Below the pieces are notes generated by a model, which saw only the letters and a program-made list of their open reading frames with translations, was not told the DNA's origin and ran no database searches. A program made the position numbers and the translations under genes. From a virus (Duplodnaviria > Caudoviricetes): a DNA stretch of 64,000 nt. The stretch is from IMG/VR virus record IMGVR_UViG_3300027776_000009. One strand, given 5' to 3'. Shown piece after piece: positions 58,233 through 64,000 of this stretch (position 1 is the first letter of the stretch; every line of letters begins with the position of its first letter).

Positions 58233-58366
58233 TTTCTTTGCCCTCCTTCGGGCGTGGTTAGTGTGAGAGATATTCTCACTTCTCTACCTAAGTGATATGT
58301 ATCTGAAAAAAACTGCATTTAGAGACAAAAAAGAAAAGGGATTGCTCCCTTTCCTTACTACGTTGC

Positions 58367-58870
58367 TCAGTGAGCAACTGGGGCTTGGCGATTCAGCAGA
58401 TGTTCTTCCGCAAACTTACCCGCGATCTCTTTGACAGTATCTGTTGTCAAGTTCTGCGCACCAAAGGCAACCCAGAGTACGTGAGTAGTTTCATCTTCAA
58501 CGGTGTATGCCGCGAACGTCCAGAAGTGATCAGGAACCGGCGAAGTCGTCAGTCGCTGACCCGTAACACCGGGCTTAGACTGTGCGTGAAGCGGAACCAT
58601 CAGCTTGTCCAATTCGGCGTTTATTTCATGGTCCGGCATGTCGAAGATGTGGTCAAAATGCTCACCCAAGAACTGCGCGCCTTCGTCAAACAATTCATCC
58701 ATGAAAGCCGGATCATCAATCCAGAGTTTCGCAACAGCCACAACACCAGGATCCTGATCGTGGTCTGAGTATTTAAACTCAATACACACATCACTTTCGG
58801 TGTCACCACCACCGTTATTAAAGGTTATCCCTTTTTCTTCAAACAAATCATACAAAGTAACGTCAGACAT
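58367..58870 (-). CDS. Hypothetical acidic protein
   Basis: Start MSDVTL after GGAG. Confidence 0.55.
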   Translation of the reverse strand: MSDVTLYDLFEEKGITFNNGGGDTESDVCIEFKYSDHDQDPGVVAVAKLWIDDPAFMDELFDEGAQFLGEHFDHIFDMPDHEINAELDKLMVPLHAQSKPGVTGQRLTTSPVPDHFWTFAAYTVEDETTHVLWVAFGAQNLTTDTVKEIAGKFAEEHLLNRQAPVAH

Positions 58871-59117
58871 TTGTCTTCTCCAGAGAATCAGCATACCACT
58901 GCAAATGCATACGCTGCTCTTGTGTGGCCGTAGCATTGGGCGGTACCAGAACAATCCGGTACGCCCCACCTTCTACGGGGATTTTGAACTTTGCAGCTAA
59001 CTCCTTTTCAAACTCCAGAGCTAACCCCTTACTTGCACCGTGTTCACGACGCATACTCCCTAAGCGCGTAGTGTCTCGCACGCTTAGGGGTTTTTCTGCC
59101 GTTATAAGTGCAGTCAT
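58863..59117 (-). CDS. Hypothetical protein
   Basis: Coupled ORF. Confidence 0.45.
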   Translation of the reverse strand: MTALITAEKPLSVRDTTRLGSMRREHGASKGLALEFEKELAAKFKIPVEGGAYRIVLVPPNATATQEQRMHLQWYADSLEKTNV

Positions 59118-59569
59118 TCTGAACCACCCATCGCTGCCAAAATAGCGTCGATATCTTTCTGGTCCTTCTCACGCCCCAGTCGTTCCAACAACCGGCGCTT
59201 CTGACGCAAGCAGGCTTCGAGGGTGTAAACACGAACCCCATCGATGGACTCCAGATCTTCCCAGGTAGTACCAGCTTCTGTATGGAGATCCGTATCGAAC
59301 TCCGGTATCGGAAGAAGCATGCAGTCTTCGATGTAACCTTCCGAAACCGTTTTGCGGGATGCGGACATCTTTAAGTTATCTTCCAGCACACGCATGGTGC
59401 CGGCTGTGCAGCCAGCGTCCAAATCCATGGTAGTTTCTCGCAGTCCATGAATGATGAGAGCGCTTCCTCCCCCCAGCCAGACCTGACCGGGAGCCAGCTT
59501 GTAGGCCTCGCACATGGCCTTGTAACGATCAATGACTTCCTGACGAGTCAATGGGTGATCAGCTTGCAT
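59114..59569 (-). CDS. Minimal nucleotidyltransferase-fold protein
   Basis: GGSAL..HG.R.T.DLD and C-terminal K......REKD..D. Confidence 0.7.
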   Translation of the reverse strand: MQADHPLTRQEVIDRYKAMCEAYKLAPGQVWLGGGSALIIHGLRETTMDLDAGCTAGTMRVLEDNLKMSASRKTVSEGYIEDCMLLPIPEFDTDLHTEAGTTWEDLESIDGVRVYTLEACLRQKRRLLERLGREKDQKDIDAILAAMGGSE

Positions 59570-59589
59570 GGTGATTCTCCTGTGTGTTA

Positions 59590-60930
59590 TTACTGCGCCA
59601 GTGGTAAGTACGTATCCAACTCTCGGGTAAGAGAAGTAACACCGTTACCCACGGTTGTCACCTTGTTAGTTACCGACTTGATGGTGTTGGTGATACTGTG
59701 GCCGGAAAAGGCAGTCATCAGCAGGACATTACGATCCTTACAGACAGCTTTCAGCCGCTTGTTATCCACGTTCAACGGAAGAATGATCAAGTTAATACGA
59801 CCATTGTATTCCTTGCTAACCCGCTGCGCGGTTTCTGGAACTAAACCGACAATGACAACCTCGGGCAACGTCTTCACGTCAGGCTTCACCTTGGTAGCAA
59901 TCGGCGCTTCAGGCTTGTCATCCTTCGCCGGTTCAACAGAAACCTTAGGAGGTTCCATCTTTTCCAGCTGAAGATCTTCAAGATGCTTGATACGATTCAC
60001 AAGCGATGTGAGCACCATGTCGTATTGAGCATTTTCCTTCTTAGCTGCTTCCACAATTCCCATCATCCGCAACTCTAACCCATTTACCGAGTTACGAAAC
60101 TGTGCAACGGATTTACCAATCTCGGTAATCGTGGAGGGTTTAATCATCTCAACCAGTTTGTCCAGACGAGTTTCAAACTCCCCCATGGAATCCGTGACCA
60201 TCTTGACATCGCGAGTCAGCTCCACTACCTGTTCTTCCACAGTCAGCGGCTTTTCAGGCTCAGCAGGTTTCGGCATAGGAACCGACTTCACCGCTTCCAG
60301 AATGCGGGAATAGAGATGCACCCAAGCCGGAATACGAATCCTCGAAGCTTCTACCACCAGTGATTCTTGAAGATCAAAGTACAACTGGAACAGCACATCG
60401 TCTGACAGCGTATCGTAGTCGTAATTAACCTTCTCGGCAATGGCAACCGTAATAGCGGCATAAGGGTCAGCAGCAACATTACCCGTTTCAGAAGACTCTG
60501 TGGCTTCTTCAGGCTCATACCGGTAATCCCAAAGCAGCGTGCGAATCTTGGGAATGATCTTGAAGAAACCTTCATACTCCCGCATGACAGCTCTCAAGAT
60601 CTCCAGCCGTTGTGTGGGAGTCAACCCCGGCTTTTTGGATAGCAGTGCCTGCCACACCGGCTTCGGCAACATCGCTGATACATCAGGACCAATCCGGTAA
60701 TCGTCATAACCAACGCAGTTATATGCGATGACTAACCCGTCCGTTGTTCCCCGCGCAGTATGCCACCTGTGGAACGAACTATATTCCAGAAAGACCGGAT
60801 CGACTTTCCATCGCTCGTCTCCCTTGGTCATCGTTTCAATCTTCTTCCAGCAGGCATAGGCCGGAACAGCTTTACCCGAGAATGCCGTACGGACGGATCC
60901 GTTGTTGGTAAACACCTGTTTGTTGCTCAT
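59590..60930 (-). CDS. Multidomain protein: degenerate HNH-like N-terminus, coiled coil, DUF2325-like C-terminus
   Basis: Y.CW...W.....F..F..W; C-terminal VVIVG...T.FSGH...G.TSL. Confidence 0.5.
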   Translation of the reverse strand: MSNKQVFTNNGSVRTAFSGKAVPAYACWKKIETMTKGDERWKVDPVFLEYSSFHRWHTARGTTDGLVIAYNCVGYDDYRIGPDVSAMLPKPVWQALLSKKPGLTPTQRLEILRAVMREYEGFFKIIPKIRTLLWDYRYEPEEATESSETGNVAADPYAAITVAIAEKVNYDYDTLSDDVLFQLYFDLQESLVVEASRIRIPAWVHLYSRILEAVKSVPMPKPAEPEKPLTVEEQVVELTRDVKMVTDSMGEFETRLDKLVEMIKPSTITEIGKSVAQFRNSVNGLELRMMGIVEAAKKENAQYDMVLTSLVNRIKHLEDLQLEKMEPPKVSVEPAKDDKPEAPIATKVKPDVKTLPEVVIVGLVPETAQRVSKEYNGRINLIILPLNVDNKRLKAVCKDRNVLLMTAFSGHSITNTIKSVTNKVTTVGNGVTSLTRELDTYLPLAQ

Positions 60931-61019
60931 GAACGTTTCTCCACGTCGTTGATATTCACATCAGTAGTGTGTATGTAAAAAATAATGAAGGCATACGAGG
61001 AGGCCTAAGCCTCCTCGTT

Positions 61020-61451
61020 TTATGCGGTTTTCACCAACCGAGTTGTACCCGCTGGGAACGCGGATAGGGTGCTATAAAGTTCGGTCATCTCCCCCACCAG
61101 TTGCAGAAAACGCTCCTTAACGCGCGGTACGCACGATGGTCCGTTTGATGCTTCGCCTTGATCGTTTGAAAACGATTCATAGAACGCACCGTCATCCATG
61201 TACAGCGTAACAATCATTTGAGTATCTTCAGAGACACCCAACGCCCCTTCATCAGAGACACTGATCGAAATTCCCATATTGGGAAGAATCGCAGAGCGAT
61301 GCCCCCACACGGTCAGAGCGTGGTTGTTGGGAGTTCCGTTATTGTCGAAGAACTGACGAATACTGGTGGTTAGCGCAATGGTGTTCTCCACAAGGGAGGC
61401 ATCCAGTTTGGATCGAACCTTGGCGCTGTCAAAGATATATTGGATAGCCAT
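61020..61451 (-). CDS. Hypothetical protein
   Basis: AGGAG RBS. Confidence 0.55.
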   Translation of the reverse strand: MAIQYIFDSAKVRSKLDASLVENTIALTTSIRQFFDNNGTPNNHALTVWGHRSAILPNMGISISVSDEGALGVSEDTQMIVTLYMDDGAFYESFSNDQGEASNGPSCVPRVKERFLQLVGEMTELYSTLSAFPAGTTRLVKTA

Positions 61452-61494
61452 ACTGGGCTCCTAGTGCGAGTGGGACAGGTACATAAAATGGCGC

Positions 61495-61794
61495 TTACCG
61501 AGGCAGCAAGAGACCTCCCGATTCCGCATAACTCGCGATAGACTCCGGATGATCATCAATCCAGATATCAACCTTAATCCCCAGCGCTTCCATGAAAGGA
61601 CGCTTCTGTTGGTTCTGCGTGCAGAAGACCTCGAAAGAAGGTATACGTTCCCTGCGATCAAAGGTACCCGGCGGTTGATGTCGTGCGGTCGTACAGATGA
61701 CACGGTGTCCTCGACTTGCAGCATGCACGGCAAATGCCTCCCACAAGTCAAAGTCCATGTCATAGGTCTCATCGTAGTCGATGGCGATGATCAT
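61495..61794 (-). CDS. HAD-superfamily phosphatase-like protein
   Basis: IAIDYDET, CTTAR, K, DIWIDD. Confidence 0.75.
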   Translation of the reverse strand: MIIAIDYDETYDMDFDLWEAFAVHAASRGHRVICTTARHQPPGTFDRRERIPSFEVFCTQNQQKRPFMEALGIKVDIWIDDHPESIASYAESGGLLLPR

Positions 61795-62240
61795 GGTAGT
61801 GGAATACCGTGTTGCGCCAACACCGACTTATCATCCTCCGACGGCATGTATTGCCAAGAGCATGTTTCACGGACCAGCGCTCCATCAGCTTGTGACCGGT
61901 TCTTTGTGGTAGTCCATGGCTCAAACAGCATCTTGGCATCATGAACGACCATGGAGCTAGCCATCCGAGGTGGAGCGACCAAAAGAACATCTTCCGGGAA
62001 GAACCCTTCGTATCTCACTCGGTCCGCATTGGGGAGACTATAGATCTTTGACAGGTATTCCGGAGCATACGAAGTCAGGATGACCTTATCACTAAGCCCG
62101 AATGTTAGCACATCCTTCAGGTCAGTAACAAATGTTTGCACCCCATACCGGCGATGCTGTTCATCCATACAAAGTTTCAACACCTTTCCAAGCAGGCGAG
62201 TAAGTTTATCACCCCTTGAATCCATTATCAACACGTTCAT
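61791..62240 (-). CDS. Hypothetical protein
   Basis: Start MNVLIM after AAGGAGAG. Confidence 0.5.
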   Translation of the reverse strand: MNVLIMDSRGDKLTRLLGKVLKLCMDEQHRRYGVQTFVTDLKDVLTFGLSDKVILTSYAPEYLSKIYSLPNADRVRYEGFFPEDVLLVAPPRMASSMVVHDAKMLFEPWTTTKNRSQADGALVRETCSWQYMPSEDDKSVLAQHGIPLP

Positions 62241-62241
62241 T

Positions 62242-62754
62242 CTACTCTCCTTCGGGAACAAGTTCCCAAGTCTTTGAAAGCATAACGCAATGGGTCGGAA
62301 TCCATCCGTAGTGAAAATTCCCATCCTTCGTATAGTACACGAAGGTGTTTTGCACGCTTTCATGACGCCTGCGTTTGGCCGCCAAACGCCGAACTTCAGA
62401 GAACGGATGATCATCCGGAAACAAAACCGCACCCTTAACCAACATGACCCAGGTACCCTTGTCCCGCCATTCATGCATACGGACACGCTTACCGCGCTCA
62501 AGCATAAGTATAGCCCACGCAAAGGTGCCCTCAATGAGTTTCAACAACCCATCCATTGTTTCGGGATGGGTATGCAGTTCCGACTTTGTTTCCAAAACAT
62601 ACCCACGCGGGTCACTGGCTATCGCAGCGCTGGTTCTTTCAATTCCCGTCCACGGATTGTATCGCCATACAGCGTTCAGGAACTTATTCCGATAAATATC
62701 CGGCTCGCACCCAAACGCCACCCCCGTTTTTGGATCATACAGCATCGGTTTCAT
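62242..62754 (-). CDS. Tad2/DUF2829-domain protein fused to a WRYNPWTG module
   Basis: TF.WA...L..G.RV....W..KG.W and W.P....L...W match the Tad2/DUF2829 pattern. Confidence 0.7.
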   Translation of the reverse strand: MKPMLYDPKTGVAFGCEPDIYRNKFLNAVWRYNPWTGIERTSAAIASDPRGYVLETKSELHTHPETMDGLLKLIEGTFAWAILMLERGKRVRMHEWRDKGTWVMLVKGAVLFPDDHPFSEVRRLAAKRRRHESVQNTFVYYTKDGNFHYGWIPTHCVMLSKTWELVPEGE

Positions 62755-62765
62755 GAGAGTTCCCC

Positions 62766-63140
62766 CTACCAGCGATCGCATTCGCAATCTTTACGTGTCT
62801 TTCCGCATTCCATACACGATGAGGAGGTTTGTACCAACACCCCCAGATGCTTAGAATGCCCCTGTACCTTAACCTTTCGCTGTTTGAACCATGTGGTCAA
62901 TTTGTCATGAATCCACATGGAGCCTACGATTCCGATCACTCCTCCAGTAACGGTGTACGGTAAAACCACCCACCCCTTTTGAACCGCAAAGAGCACCACA
63001 GTGATATCAGCAACACACATCGCAGCGGATGTGACCGCTGCTGATATGTAGTGATTGCCGTGAACATTCTTCTGCTGAAACCCTCTCAGAAACACCATGG
63101 AAAAGGTAGCAACGCCCGCTAGTAATAATGAGTTCATCAA
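62766..63140 (-). CDS. Small membrane protein
   Basis: Three hydrophobic segments, VFL..FQQ.NV, C-terminal Cys cluster. Confidence 0.6.
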   Translation of the reverse strand: MMNSLLLAGVATFSMVFLRGFQQKNVHGNHYISAAVTSAAMCVADITVVLFAVQKGWVVLPYTVTGGVIGIVGSMWIHDKLTTWFKQRKVKVQGHSKHLGVLVQTSSSCMECGKTRKDCECDRW

Positions 63141-63146
63141 ATCACC

Positions 63147-63941
63147 TTATCCCACCGCGTTGTGAGACTCGGTCTCAGCAGCTCCACCGTTCAGGTTACA
63201 CCCCACCGGGTCAGTCAGAATTTCATCAGAGGAACGCGACTCGCCGGTCCATGGGTTATACCGCCACACACCCAGTGGGTTTACAGTTCGTACAGATTCC
63301 GCGGTGCGTTTATCCGTATCAAACCGCACTCCCGTGTACGGACTAAAGATAAGCGGATTCTCGACGGGGTCCAGCGAAGTGATGCTCACACGGTCACGAT
63401 AGATACGTTCACCAGAGGACGTATCCCCAGAGAATCCCTTATCCTGATTGTCGTATCCAGCGACAGACACACCATGTTCCGAGATAGACAGCGTAAACGA
63501 TTTCTGATCAATCAGGAAATCACAGAAGTCGGAATCGATATCGTCTTCCGAACAAGATTTCATGATGGAGGCCATCACCAGATCATTGTAGTTAGCTGAG
63601 ACCCCATCCGGTCGCCGGAGTCGATTACCCGCCATCGTATCTCGCATGGTGCGCTCAATGGCGGCCAGCGTGTCGATATAGACATGATCGGGTAGGATAA
63701 ACGTCGCGGTGATGGATTTGTGAGCAGTGAGCGTCACGAACAAGTTGCTACCATGATTGGTATCGCCGGTACTATCGCGCGAAATCGTAATCGTGGTGAT
63801 CGATGGCAGCATCTGTGACAGAGACTCGCGGAAACCTGGCAGCATCTCGATATTGCCATCCAGCTCGAAAGAGCACAAGCAAATCAAGTTCTTAAAATCA
63901 CCGCGTTTTAAAAGCGCTTGCAGCAAGGTCAGCTTATTCAT
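63147..63941 (-). CDS. Hypothetical protein with C-terminal WRYNPWTG module
   Basis: FSPYTG...WRYNPWTG..R....I..DP.G. Confidence 0.55.
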   Translation of the reverse strand: MNKLTLLQALLKRGDFKNLICLCSFELDGNIEMLPGFRESLSQMLPSITTITISRDSTGDTNHGSNLFVTLTAHKSITATFILPDHVYIDTLAAIERTMRDTMAGNRLRRPDGVSANYNDLVMASIMKSCSEDDIDSDFCDFLIDQKSFTLSISEHGVSVAGYDNQDKGFSGDTSSGERIYRDRVSITSLDPVENPLIFSPYTGVRFDTDKRTAESVRTVNPLGVWRYNPWTGESRSSDEILTDPVGCNLNGGAAETESHNAVG

Positions 63942-64000
63942 GAGGTTTCTCCACCTTCACAATTGACAACGTAGGTTTGGTTCTTACTACAGGGGGCGCA

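Noticed and set aside
1-64000. tRNA genes, integrase, transposase, reverse transcriptase, stop-codon recoding
   Set aside because: None recognised by eye; genes are full length under the standard code and use all three stop codons.

Overview
This 64 kb window is part of a nucleus-forming, phiKZ-like jumbo phage genome (Chimalliviridae). Its spanins point to a Gram-negative host. Left end (1-14.6 kb, mostly minus strand): the conserved core block with a gp68-like non-virion RNAP subunit, SbcD-like nuclease, nvRNAP beta-prime subunit (NADFDGD), chimallin, a NUDIX-like gene and the catalytic half of a split family-B DNA polymerase. Middle (14.6-46 kb): mostly accessory genes. These include a tandem array of remote small paralogs, protease-processed head proteins and DHFR. 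There is also a candidate anti-defence island (Tad1 homolog, NDT/TIR-like proteins) and a roughly 700 nt densely hairpinned non-coding element. Further along are a tail-fibre-like cassette, class II RNR with a Gln-terminated LAGLIDADG intein, an RNAP alpha-CTD-like protein, ThyA, a DarG-like macrodomain, a BCS1-like ATPase, a tmRNA-like structured region and embedded spanins. Right end (46.8-64 kb): terminase, baseplate genes, tail sheath and tube, then accessory genes including a Tad2-domain fusion. Two recurrent promoter-like motifs and a hairpin+TATGCCG 3' signal recur throughout. All assignments come from motifs and synteny read by eye, and no database search was run. phiKZ gp numbers are recalled orthology and remain to be verified.
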